From a virus: DNA of 33,560 nt. The stretch is from positions 1-33,560 of the IMG/VR virus record IMGVR_UViG_3300045988_020463; one strand, written 5' to 3'. The notes under the pieces were generated by a model. The model made no database searches and was not told the DNA's origin. It worked only from the letters and a program-made list of their open reading frames with translations. The translations under genes and the position numbers were made by a program. Shown piece by piece: positions 23,615 through 32,567 of this stretch. Every line of letters begins with the position of its first letter. Positions within the stretch are counted from its first letter, which is position 1.

Positions 23615-23690
23615 TCTACTACTCTTGCATCTCTTTAAGAGACCGCGGGCACACACGTGCGATACCTTATTAATACCAAATAACAAAAAT

Positions 23691-24317
23691 ATGGCAGGAA
23701 GAGCAAAGAAGGAGGCCGCCCCCGATACGAAAGCGGCAATTACCAAGGGACAAGCGACGGGCAAAGCCCCCGCCCCTAAAACAGATTTGAAGAAGTGCAA
23801 AGAACTTTATGAGGTTGTGCAGACGCGCGGTTGCAAAGGCGCTACGTTGACTACCGTCGAGGAGTGCGTAGATTACGTAGCCGAGTACATGAACTTTTGC
23901 GCACGTAACCCGCTCATTACTTATGAAGTCCTAAAAGGTGGGAACGCAGCAGGGCAAAAAGTCCCTATAGAGAAGAAACGCGCGCCATCGCTTGGTGGCT
24001 TCTGCCTTTTCATCGGATGGACTTTGCAAGCGTTCAAGAAGAACGGCGCACGACTTGAAAAGCTGGCAGAGGACGGGAACGAAGACGCGGCCAACCTTTT
24101 GACAGGGTACGCCCTTATCGCCGAACTCATCGCAACCGATATGGACGAAAGCGCGCTCGCCGGCGTGGTTGATGCCAACTATATGGCGAAGCTTAGAGGA
24201 CTACGCGACCTTAAGGACGTTACAAGCAACGGCAAGGAAGCCGGCACGAAGGCTATGCAGGTAAACGTGCTTTCAGAGGATGCAGTGAAGAACCTACAGA
24301 AGTTAGGAGGCATATAA
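23691..24317 (+). CDS. terS: Probable terminase small subunit (P22 gp3-like pattern)
   Basis: Immediately upstream of terL. Lys-rich N-terminus, then KRAPSLGGFCLFIGWTLQAFKKN, which resembles the HTH-like segment of gp3-type TerS. Start moved from the track position 23625 to ATG 23691 (leader aaataacaaaaatATG). Confidence 0.6.
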   Translation: MAGRAKKEAAPDTKAAITKGQATGKAPAPKTDLKKCKELYEVVQTRGCKGATLTTVEECVDYVAEYMNFCARNPLITYEVLKGGNAAGQKVPIEKKRAPSLGGFCLFIGWTLQAFKKNGARLEKLAEDGNEDAANLLTGYALIAELIATDMDESALAGVVDANYMAKLRGLRDLKDVTSNGKEAGTKAMQVNVLSEDAVKNLQKLGGI

Positions 24318-24319
24318 CG

Positions 24320-25465
24320 ATGAACGTTACATTTACTTTTGAAAAGATATTATCGGCTTTCGTAGACCCGAAGATACGCGGCGTAGCCTCTAAAGGCGGT
24401 ACACGTAGCGGCAAGACATGGGCAACCCTACAGATGTTGCACATACTTGCATTGAGCAACCCCCAACCTCTTGTTATATCGTGCGTAGCGGCTACGTTCC
24501 CCATGGTCAAGCGCGGTATGCTCCGTGACTTTAAATCTATGGTGGCAGCCGAGGGATATTGGGACGAGAAACGATTTAATAAAACAGAATGTACCTACGA
24601 ATACCCGACCGGCACGATAGTTGAGTTCTTCTCATGCGATAACGCCGGGAAGGTGCACGGTCCGGCACGTGATATTCTTTTCGTGAACGAGGCGCAAAGC
24701 ATACCCCGGGAAATCTTTAGGCAGCTTGATATCCGTACCCGTAAAAAGGTTATCATCGACTACAACCCCGTACGTAAGTTTTGGGGCGAGACCGAGTTCG
24801 TAGGTGACCGATACGTTACGATACACTCGACGTACAAGGATAACCCGTACTTGACCCCCGAACAAGTGGCAGCCATTGAGAAGAACAAGGACGATGCCAA
24901 CTGGTGGCGCGTGTACGGTGAGGGCTTGACGGGTGGCGTAGAGGGTAACGTTTACCCCGAGTATGAGGTTATCGACGATATGCCCGAGACGTTTACGGGG
25001 CGGTGTCTGGGGCTTGACTTCGGTTTCGTTAATGACCCCACCGCGATTGTCGACATACGCATGGAGGGCTGGGACTTGTTCGTAGACTTGCTTTGTTATG
25101 AGCAGGGTCTACTGAATAGCCATATAGCGGACTACTTGAACGCTAATGCACTGAACCGCGTGATAACGGTGTGCGATAGTGCGGAGCAAAAGAGTATCGT
25201 GGAGCTACAACAGAAGCGTATCAAAGCAATACCGTGTGTTAAGGGGCGAGGCTCCATAGCAGCAGGCATTGCCCAGGTGAAGCAGTTCAAGTTGCACGTA
25301 ACAAAGCGTTCGGTCAAGCTACTGGACGAACTGGATAACTACAAATGGATTAAGGACGAAGTATCGGACATATACACCAACGAGGCGATAGACGCGTGGA
25401 ACCACGCACTCGACGCACTCCGTTACGGTGTGGACTTCTTGATACGTAAATACAGACCCAAATAA
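24320..25465 (+). CDS. terL: Terminase large subunit (Terminase_3/PBSX-like)
   Basis: Walker A GGTRSGKTW and Walker B-like ILFVNEA. The C-terminal nuclease half has acidic residues (GLDFGFVNDPTA, VCDSAEQ, AWNHALDALRY). Confidence 0.85.
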   Translation: MNVTFTFEKILSAFVDPKIRGVASKGGTRSGKTWATLQMLHILALSNPQPLVISCVAATFPMVKRGMLRDFKSMVAAEGYWDEKRFNKTECTYEYPTGTIVEFFSCDNAGKVHGPARDILFVNEAQSIPREIFRQLDIRTRKKVIIDYNPVRKFWGETEFVGDRYVTIHSTYKDNPYLTPEQVAAIEKNKDDANWWRVYGEGLTGGVEGNVYPEYEVIDDMPETFTGRCLGLDFGFVNDPTAIVDIRMEGWDLFVDLLCYEQGLLNSHIADYLNANALNRVITVCDSAEQKSIVELQQKRIKAIPCVKGRGSIAAGIAQVKQFKLHVTKRSVKLLDELDNYKWIKDEVSDIYTNEAIDAWNHALDALRYGVDFLIRKYRPK

Positions 25466-26076
25466 TGAAGAAATTTATATTGAAATGGATATATCGCATA
25501 ACAGCGATTAACAACCGAAAGGTTTTATTAAGAGTTGCTAACCTACCGGCAAACGGAACTGTCCGAATAACCAAGGACGAAGAGAAGTTGCTTAAGGATA
25601 TGATAAAGTACTGCCGCCCCTCACAAGTCGCTACGCGCAATGGGAAAGCCGTGTACAGACTTAGGGACGTTGAAGGCATAACTCTATGGTCTATGCTTGA
25701 AACGCGCCGTGCAGAGGACGCAAACGAGCGTATCAAGGCGTGGACCGATGACAACTACGAACCCGAGACAATCATAGATGCCGCGAAGCTTGATAAGTTC
25801 ATAGTGTCACAGATGGAAATTGCGGACGGTCTCGAGCAAATCGTGTTTCAGAACATGAAGCAGACGGGCGAAAGCGCGTTGACGGGTGATGAGAACATTA
25901 AACAAGCAAAGAACCTTCTCGGGCTTGTGCAGATTACCGCCGAGCTTTTCCACTGTAGCTTTGAGGACGCGAAGCAAATCAACTACTCGGACGCTATGCT
26001 TGCCATCGCCAAACGTAACGACGAGATAGAGAAGGAGAAGCGAGAAATGAAGAAACAACAAATGAAAAACAGATAG
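25465..26076 (+). CDS. Hypothetical structural-module protein
   Basis: 203-aa ORF whose ATG overlaps the terL stop by 1 nt. Confidence 0.65.
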   Translation: MKKFILKWIYRITAINNRKVLLRVANLPANGTVRITKDEEKLLKDMIKYCRPSQVATRNGKAVYRLRDVEGITLWSMLETRRAEDANERIKAWTDDNYEPETIIDAAKLDKFIVSQMEIADGLEQIVFQNMKQTGESALTGDENIKQAKNLLGLVQITAELFHCSFEDAKQINYSDAMLAIAKRNDEIEKEKREMKKQQMKNR

Positions 26077-26078
26077 TT

Positions 26079-26483
26079 ATGACTTTTGAAACAATAATTA
26101 ACACAGCGAGCGCCCGGGCTACAGCACTGGGCAAAACGCTGATATTCGGAGATACCGCGGTACAGAACGTATCGGCTAACGAATTGAGCGAGGACTTTTT
26201 TACGCTTGACGTAACAACTGGAAGCTATACGGACACGAACGTACCTAACAGCAGCGCCTACACGGTAGTCATCCGCTGTATGGGTACATCGGCTTATATG
26301 CGAGACGATGCAGTAGAGATTGCAACTTTGATACGTACAGACCTACTGTTGCATGAGATGCTTAAAAGCTTCATATGTGGCTACGAGATTGGCTCGCTCC
26401 GTATCACCAAAGTGCAGAACCAGTACGATACAATCAAATCGGGTTGGGAGGCAACGTTCGACGCATACAAGTACGGGGCGTGA
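26079..26483 (+). CDS. Hypothetical structural-module protein (possible head/tail completion protein)
   Basis: 134-aa ORF located 2 nt after the upstream stop. Function guessed from position only. Confidence 0.6.
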   Translation: MTFETIINTASARATALGKTLIFGDTAVQNVSANELSEDFFTLDVTTGSYTDTNVPNSSAYTVVIRCMGTSAYMRDDAVEIATLIRTDLLLHEMLKSFICGYEIGSLRITKVQNQYDTIKSGWEATFDAYKYGA

Positions 26484-26494
26484 ACTTAATACCG

Positions 26495-26526
26495 TTTGCT
26501 TTCTGATGGTTTACTTCGTACTTTTG
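26495..26526 (+). promoter_or_regulatory. Canonical Bacteroidota-type promoter (TTTG-N20-TACTTTTG) inside the late module
   Basis: TTTG at 26495..26498 and TACTTTTG at 26519..26526, followed by the leader tttaaaaacaaaagaacATG. Confidence 0.6.
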
Positions 26527-26550
26527 TGCACTGTTTAAAAACAAAAGAAC

Positions 26551-26895
26551 ATGAAAATCATCAGAAACAACATTATCCCGGTTAAAGGCTTCAAAGCTAT
26601 TAACCTATTCGGCGTTCTCTTCGTACGTGGTAACGCTGTAATTAGCGAGAAGACGTTAAGACACGAACACATCCACACGATGCAAATGCGTGAAATGCTG
26701 TATGTGCCGTTTTACTTGTGGTATGGTATCGAGTACGTCATTCGCTTTTTCGGTTGGAGCTTTGAAAAGAAGCCGTGCGACCCCAATGACAAGCCATATG
26801 ACCGCATGAGTTTTGAAAAGGAGGCATATGGCAACGAGCACGATGTAAACTACCCGAAGACGAGGAAACATTTTAGCTGGATTAAGTATATTTAA
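26551..26895 (+). CDS. Small HExxH-motif protein (putative zinc metallopeptidase-like), moron-like
   Basis: 114 aa with LRHEHIHTMQMRE (HEHIH = HExxH) followed by a hydrophobic/aromatic stretch. It has its own promoter and an early-type leader within the structural gene block. Confidence 0.6.
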   Translation: MKIIRNNIIPVKGFKAINLFGVLFVRGNAVISEKTLRHEHIHTMQMREMLYVPFYLWYGIEYVIRFFGWSFEKKPCDPNDKPYDRMSFEKEAYGNEHDVNYPKTRKHFSWIKYI

Positions 26896-26897
26896 CT

Positions 26898-27338
26898 ATG
26901 AACAAGGAAGTTACCCAATTAGTTAGGCAGATACGCGACGAGATAGTGGCTAACTACTATCGCATGAGGCTTAACGCTTCGGGTCGCTTCGATAGAGAAA
27001 CAGAAGTGGTAGAGTATGCAGGCGGCGTTAAGATAGAAAGCCCGGCATACATCTATCAGATGGAAGACGGGAGGGCGGCTGGTAGCTTCCCACCCGTTTC
27101 TGCCATTAAGCAGTGGATAAAAGACAAGAACGCGAACGCCGGTACGGACATACCCGAAGAAGCGGCATACGCAATCGCATACGTTATCAAGCGCGATGGT
27201 ATTAAAGTACCCAACGAGCACAACGAAGGCGGCGTAGCAAGTAAGATACTAACCCCCGAGATGGTGCAACGTATCACAGTAGAGGTGTCCCGGATAGTAC
27301 GGGCGGAGGTATTAACCATTTTAACTAAAAAGCAATGA
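26898..27338 (+). CDS. Hypothetical structural-module protein
   Basis: 146-aa ORF, tightly coupled to its neighbours (ATGA overlap with the downstream gene). Confidence 0.65.
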   Translation: MNKEVTQLVRQIRDEIVANYYRMRLNASGRFDRETEVVEYAGGVKIESPAYIYQMEDGRAAGSFPPVSAIKQWIKDKNANAGTDIPEEAAYAIAYVIKRDGIKVPNEHNEGGVASKILTPEMVQRITVEVSRIVRAEVLTILTKKQ

Positions 27339-28354
27339 TTATAAGAAATCTATTAAACAACGTTACCACCACGGCTGCTGGTTATACGATAATTGGCGGC
27401 ATCGGCGCCGGTATATATCGCCCTATACGACTGGAGCAGGTAGACTCGGTTACCAGTATAACCCTTATCTTTTCACGTAATGGAGCTACCAAGGCAACCG
27501 CCGTAGTTACCCCATACGAGGGTGCTATATTGGATATGTCGATGATGGCAGCAGCCACACCGAGCATAACGGAGAGCCTTAACGCGGGGTTGGGGATTAC
27601 CGACTTCGTGGATAACGTGTCAATACAATACATGGAGGGCACGTTGAAATCTATCACTATGCGCGCTATCCACGCCCCCGTAGCGGATGGTAGGTTTGCC
27701 AACCTTGCAAGCACGCGCAACCTATCGGACTATGGTAACGGACTGTTTAACCAATTGGACTTTAGTTGTGCTTCGTTCCTTAACAGCCCCTTGACGGGTA
27801 CGCCGTTTAACTTTGCACTGCGATACGGGCAACTTACGGCAAACTCGGACGGTAGACTACGGTTTAGGTACGGAGGCGAATCAACATCCAGCACTTGGTT
27901 TATGACATCCGTTTTAGACCGCGCCAATATAAACACATTGACGTTCAGAACCGCAAACGACGCCAACGTATGGGGCTACGCACGTTTTGAACGTAAATAC
28001 CCGTATTGCCCCGACCCCAACAAGCGCGTAACGCTTCGATGGCTTAACAGCAAAGGGGCTTATGATACGATGTATTTCGACCAATACCGCATTGTGCCTA
28101 CTTACCTGGTTAACTTCTCGGGCGGCAACCGCGTGTTGTCCTATGACGTTACGATAAGCGTAGTAGTAACGGACGATAACCAAAACGCGTTGTACTGGCT
28201 TTCACGTTCGGGCGAGGTTGCCGGGGTATTCCCTTTGGCTACTAACCAATGGGCACGCGTTACGATACAGAACCCGAACGCGCTGAACATACAAGGCGGT
28301 GCTACGGGACGGGTAGCGGCGTTTAAATGCAAGTTTGAAATTATAGAACCTTAA
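27335..28354 (+). CDS. Putative tail/baseplate structural protein
   Basis: 339-aa ORF in the tail region. No motif recognised. Confidence 0.6.
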   Translation: MIIRNLLNNVTTTAAGYTIIGGIGAGIYRPIRLEQVDSVTSITLIFSRNGATKATAVVTPYEGAILDMSMMAAATPSITESLNAGLGITDFVDNVSIQYMEGTLKSITMRAIHAPVADGRFANLASTRNLSDYGNGLFNQLDFSCASFLNSPLTGTPFNFALRYGQLTANSDGRLRFRYGGESTSSTWFMTSVLDRANINTLTFRTANDANVWGYARFERKYPYCPDPNKRVTLRWLNSKGAYDTMYFDQYRIVPTYLVNFSGGNRVLSYDVTISVVVTDDNQNALYWLSRSGEVAGVFPLATNQWARVTIQNPNALNIQGGATGRVAAFKCKFEIIEP

Positions 28355-28358
28355 CAAC

Positions 28359-29972
28359 ATGGATTTAACAATACGAATTAATGGCGAAGTGATAGACGGT
28401 GTAACCGCTAACTCGGTGAAGCTGACTATCAACAACCCCGACCCCCTTAAGTTTACGGAGCAAACGGTTAGTTACTCCGGGACAATCAACATACCCCGGT
28501 CAGAAGTAAATGACCGTGTGTTCCGTTCCGAGCGTTTTCCGGGGGCGTTCGCAAGGACATCCCCGTACCGTGCGGAGTTGTATTTCGGGGGCTTCAATAT
28601 TCCGTTCGGTAGCGGTTTGTTCCGTGTACGTGTAACGGCGGACGAGGACGGATATAGCCTTGAATTGGTAGAAAACATATCGAAGCTTTCGTCGTTACGG
28701 GCCCCGGTGGTGGCAATACCTAAATACGAAACGCCGGCGTATCAGTTTTCGACGTATATAGATAGCCTTAATTACGCGTACCCGAACGACGTTACCATGC
28801 CTACACTATACGCGAAAAACGGGACAACGCCCGCGCTTATGGCATATGTAGCAGACCGGGTCACAAAAAAGGCGGGGGACTACAGGGACGCGGAAAGCCA
28901 GTTGGTTTTTAAAGGCGCGCATGACGGGCTGGACGGCTCCGTATATCCGGCTAATTACATGATAGCGGAAAGCAATGAGGTAGCCACGTGTTTTACATAC
29001 ATGGTTGGCTCTGAATTCGACTTAAGGTTTACAGACGATTCGTTTATCGTCCTTCCACCTTCCGCGCCTTCTACCGTTTACCTTAGAAGCAACGGCGGTA
29101 CATTCGCTTTGCCATTTAAGCGCGGTGCGGTAAGACCTGACGGTAACCACCCGTATTACCCGGTAAGCCCTGGTAATACATCATTCATGGTTACCCCGAG
29201 GGCTTCACATGATTTGAACTTCGGCTTTACCACATCCGCCTCATCGGGGGTGTATTCGGGCACACCGATTACCACCGTACCGACTACGGAAGCGTATTAC
29301 ATATCGTTCCGAATTAATTCGGCTACAGCCCCGGAGTATGCTTGGGACTTGGTGGAAACAATGGGCGTAGATACGCCTTTCGGGATTGTGCAGGCGTTCT
29401 GCAAAGCGTTTTGCTGGACGTATGAATTTAAGTCCAAACCGTTTGCGTTGGCGCTCAAACCGTTTATCAACCCGTCTACGAGTTCTACGTATCGGGTAGA
29501 CTGGACGGGAAAAATAGACCAATCGAGTATAAAGGTTGCAGAAACCGCTGGCGCTGCAAGAACATACGCGGTGCAGGTAGGTTCGCTTAAACAGACGGTA
29601 GGCGGTTATGGTGGTGCCATATCTACGCAGGAGACAGTAGGCGAGAGCGCGTTCCCGGTGAACCCAGGTGCACAAAAACCGTACGCCTCTATGATTAAGT
29701 TATCGGGTTCAAACGATTATTACGCGCTCGATAACTATTTCAACCGTGCGAGCGGTTATCGCTCTACGATAGCAGGGCATTACTACCGTTTTTCCCCAGG
29801 TTGGCAGGTTACGGCTAAAATGAACCTATCGTATTTTGACATTCAGAAAATGAAGTCCGACGCGCTTTATTTTGTGGGTGAGCTTAACCACTGGTTCTAT
29901 CTTAGAACGTTGAGCAATTGGGACGCGTCAACTGGAAATGCGAACGTTACGTTAATCGCAGTTAAAAATTAA
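28359..29972 (+). CDS. Putative tail protein (possible receptor-binding or distal tail component)
   Basis: 537-aa ORF between the 339-aa protein and the tape-measure-like protein. No motif recognised. Confidence 0.6.
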   Translation: MDLTIRINGEVIDGVTANSVKLTINNPDPLKFTEQTVSYSGTINIPRSEVNDRVFRSERFPGAFARTSPYRAELYFGGFNIPFGSGLFRVRVTADEDGYSLELVENISKLSSLRAPVVAIPKYETPAYQFSTYIDSLNYAYPNDVTMPTLYAKNGTTPALMAYVADRVTKKAGDYRDAESQLVFKGAHDGLDGSVYPANYMIAESNEVATCFTYMVGSEFDLRFTDDSFIVLPPSAPSTVYLRSNGGTFALPFKRGAVRPDGNHPYYPVSPGNTSFMVTPRASHDLNFGFTTSASSGVYSGTPITTVPTTEAYYISFRINSATAPEYAWDLVETMGVDTPFGIVQAFCKAFCWTYEFKSKPFALALKPFINPSTSSTYRVDWTGKIDQSSIKVAETAGAARTYAVQVGSLKQTVGGYGGAISTQETVGESAFPVNPGAQKPYASMIKLSGSNDYYALDNYFNRASGYRSTIAGHYYRFSPGWQVTAKMNLSYFDIQKMKSDALYFVGELNHWFYLRTLSNWDASTGNANVTLIAVKN

Positions 29973-29983
29973 TAATTTGGATT

Positions 29984-32491
29984 ATGGCAACAGAAAAAGT
30001 TACTCTATTAGACCTTTCGTTTGATACGTCATCAGCCCTCGACGGGTTGGACGCCCTTATAGCAAAGTCCGTAGAGCTGGCAGAAACAAAGAGCCAGCTA
30101 ATGGCAGCGCTTAAGGACGAGAAGAAGCAGTTGGACGAGGCAGGCAAGGCGTACAAGTCCGGAACAATCGGACAAGATGAGTATAAAAAGGCAGTAGGCG
30201 ATGCAGCGAAAGCGCAAATAGATTTGAAAAAACAGTTGTTGGACGTTAACGCCTCAATCTCCGACAACAACCGCGAGATAAAGACGAACACGACGCTCCT
30301 AAACAGCCAGGAGGACAGCGTAGACGCGCTCCGTGCACAGTTGGCGAAGAACACCAAGGAACTAAACGCGATGAGTGCAGCGACGCGCAACAACACGGAC
30401 GAGGGGCAGAAGCTTGTGACCGAGACGAAGGAAATAAGCGACAAGCTTAAGGACATGGAAAAGGCTGTAGGCGACAACCGCCGGAACGTAGGTAACTATG
30501 CGGAAAGCATCCAGGAGGCGATGAGCAGCACGCAGGGGCTTTCCGGGGCTACCGCGGCTATGGCTACCTCCCTTTCCGGGGGCGTGAACATCCTAAAGGT
30601 GTTTAACGCTACGTTGAAAGCGAACCCGATACTCGCCATTGTGTCGGTTATACTGGTTCTCATATCCACGGTTGAAAAGCTGATGAAACGTAACAGTGAG
30701 ATGGCGGCAAACCTAAAGGCGGCATTCGCCCCGTTTGAGGTTATCTTCTCACGCATACTGGACGGCGTTACCGAGCTTCTCGGGGGTGTGGCAAAGGCTT
30801 TCGAATGGATAACGGAAAAGGTCGTTAACTTGCTTTCGTCTATCGGTCTTATTACCGAGGAGACCACGAAGGCAGCGAACGCGGCAAAGGCACTCACCAA
30901 GCAAGAGTTAGCGATATATGAGGCAGAAACAAACAACCTTGTAACATTGTCGGCGATGCGTAGAGAACTGGAAGCGCAGCGTACCATTGTAGGAGACCAG
31001 TTAAAGACCGCAGAGGAACGGAACCTGGCAGCGCAAAAGGCTATCGCGATTTCCAAGCAAATGGAGAAAGCCGAGATAGACGTACTACAGCAGAAGTACA
31101 ATCAAATCAAGGCGCAAAACGAACTTGGTTACACAAGCAAGGAAGACAGACGTGCCGAGATGCAGGCACTGGCAGACCTACAGGCGCGCCAAGCCGATTA
31201 TATCGGGCAGCGTAAAGAGCTGGAGAACCAGGCGAGCGGTATTGTAAAGACGCAGATAGCCGCCAACGAAGCAGCTTACAAGGCGGCAGAGGCCAAGAAG
31301 GCGCAGGCCGCAATAAAGGCAGCGAAGGAAGCGGAGAACCAAAAGCGCGCCTTGCAAGAAGCTACCATTAAGCAGATGGAAACCGCGTTAACGGCTCTTA
31401 ACCTCTCAATGCAGGCTAAGGAACTGGAAAACGATGCCTTAGGAACGAAGATAGAAAACAAAAAGGCATACGTAGAGGAAAGCTTAAAGCTTGAAAAGTA
31501 CAGACTCGAACAAGGCTTCATTACGCAGCAAGAATACGCCAACAAGGAGGCCGAATTTAATTTGGGCGTACAGCAATTGGAGGCACAGCGTCAAAAAGAG
31601 CAAGACGAGTTATCGAAAGAACGAAAAGCGATGGACGCGAAGAACTTGCTGGAGCTGAAAATGGCCGAAGCAACAAACCAATACGACGCGCGGCAGATGC
31701 AGCTCGATGCACAATACGCACAAGAGATTGCCGCCGCCGAGAAGATAGGCGCGGACACCGCGTTGATACAGTCCAAATACGAGAAGGCGAAGGAGGCGAA
31801 CACCAAGGCCCGCGTTAACGCAGAGCTGGCGATGACCGCAGGACTTGCAGGACAAATGTCAACACTGCTAGGGGAACAAAGTGCTATAGGTAAGGCGTTT
31901 GCGGTTGTTCAAGCGACAATAAATACTTACTTAGGTGCAACAAAAGCGCTGGCAAGTGGTGGTATATTCGGTATCGCACAAGCCGCGATTGTGATTGCAT
32001 TCGGTATGAAGCAAGTCGCTACTATTGCAAAACAGAAAGACCCCGACACAAAAATTAACACTTCCGTTAAGAAGTATGCAAAGGGCGGTCAGATATACGG
32101 GCGTTCCCATGCGCAGGGCGGTGTGACGTTCCGGGGCGATAACGGGCAGGTGTTCGAAGCTGAAGGCGGTGAGAACGTTTATATCATGAAGAAGACAGCG
32201 AGCGCCGAGATTAACGCGTTATCTGCACTCAACGAAGCACACGGCGGCAATTCGTTCGGTACCTCGGGGCTCTACAAGTTTGCTGACGGCGGTATGGTTG
32301 CCGGGCTTTCCGAAGCTAACCGGGTAGTTAAGCAAGCGGAGAGCATGAAGTTATCAAGCGAAAGCATTAACCAGCTCGCCGGGGTAGTTATCGACGCGGT
32401 AATGAACATGCCTAACCCCGTTGTATCGGTGCAGGACATAAACAGCGGGCAGAACGACGTTTCGGTAGTCCAGGGGCTGGCAACATTTTAA
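29984..32491 (+). CDS. Tape-measure-like / ejection protein
   Basis: 835 aa with long Ala/Lys/Glu/Gln-rich coiled-coil segments. Hydrophobic helices ANPILAIVSVILVLISTV and GGIFGIAQAAIVIAFGM. Gly-rich C-terminus (GRSHAQGGVTFRGDNGQVFEAEGGE). Confidence 0.65.
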   Translation: MATEKVTLLDLSFDTSSALDGLDALIAKSVELAETKSQLMAALKDEKKQLDEAGKAYKSGTIGQDEYKKAVGDAAKAQIDLKKQLLDVNASISDNNREIKTNTTLLNSQEDSVDALRAQLAKNTKELNAMSAATRNNTDEGQKLVTETKEISDKLKDMEKAVGDNRRNVGNYAESIQEAMSSTQGLSGATAAMATSLSGGVNILKVFNATLKANPILAIVSVILVLISTVEKLMKRNSEMAANLKAAFAPFEVIFSRILDGVTELLGGVAKAFEWITEKVVNLLSSIGLITEETTKAANAAKALTKQELAIYEAETNNLVTLSAMRRELEAQRTIVGDQLKTAEERNLAAQKAIAISKQMEKAEIDVLQQKYNQIKAQNELGYTSKEDRRAEMQALADLQARQADYIGQRKELENQASGIVKTQIAANEAAYKAAEAKKAQAAIKAAKEAENQKRALQEATIKQMETALTALNLSMQAKELENDALGTKIENKKAYVEESLKLEKYRLEQGFITQQEYANKEAEFNLGVQQLEAQRQKEQDELSKERKAMDAKNLLELKMAEATNQYDARQMQLDAQYAQEIAAAEKIGADTALIQSKYEKAKEANTKARVNAELAMTAGLAGQMSTLLGEQSAIGKAFAVVQATINTYLGATKALASGGIFGIAQAAIVIAFGMKQVATIAKQKDPDTKINTSVKKYAKGGQIYGRSHAQGGVTFRGDNGQVFEAEGGENVYIMKKTASAEINALSALNEAHGGNSFGTSGLYKFADGGMVAGLSEANRVVKQAESMKLSSESINQLAGVVIDAVMNMPNPVVSVQDINSGQNDVSVVQGLATF

Positions 32492-32533
32492 ACCATTAAC
32501 TCGTACAGAGATGGCAGTTTACCATATACTGCC

Positions 32534-32541
32534 TATCTTTG
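32534..32541 (+). promoter_or_regulatory. Candidate internal promoter -7 box (TATCTTTG) upstream of the protease-scaffold gene
   Basis: Matches TAnnTTTG 27 nt before ATG 32568. No clear -33 element. Confidence 0.35.
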
Positions 32542-32567
32542 CACGTGTTACAACAAAAGCAAATTAT

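Noticed and set aside
23625-23690. Upstream extension of terS (track start MHLFKRPRAHTC...)
   Set aside because: The extension has no A-rich leader and begins about 10 nt after the repeat array. ATG 23691 has the typical leader (aaataacaaaaatATG) and a Lys-rich N-terminus.
22987-23690. tRNA, integrase attachment site or lysogeny switch in the large intergenic region
   Set aside because: I could not fold any cloverleaf with conserved T-loop or D-loop features. No integrase, excisionase or repressor gene exists anywhere in the genome. This was checked by eye only; tRNAscan-SE/ARAGORN would be decisive.
26353-26538. 61-aa ORF spanning the end of 26079..26483 and the following intergenic promoter
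   Set aside because: It overlaps a better-supported CDS out of frame and runs across the TTTG/TACTTTTG promoter boxes.
29962-31855. Series of minus-strand ORFs (171, 201, 68, 89, 71 and 81 aa) antisense to the tape-measure-like gene
   Set aside because: These are low-complexity Ala/Ser/Phe-rich translations typical of the antisense frame of a GCN/AAG-rich coiled-coil gene, and all are nested in the 835-aa CDS.
32511-32567. Upstream start of the protease-scaffold gene
   Set aside because: The region contains a TAnnTTTG box (32534..32541), so it is more likely promoter/leader. ATG 32568 follows an A-rich leader.
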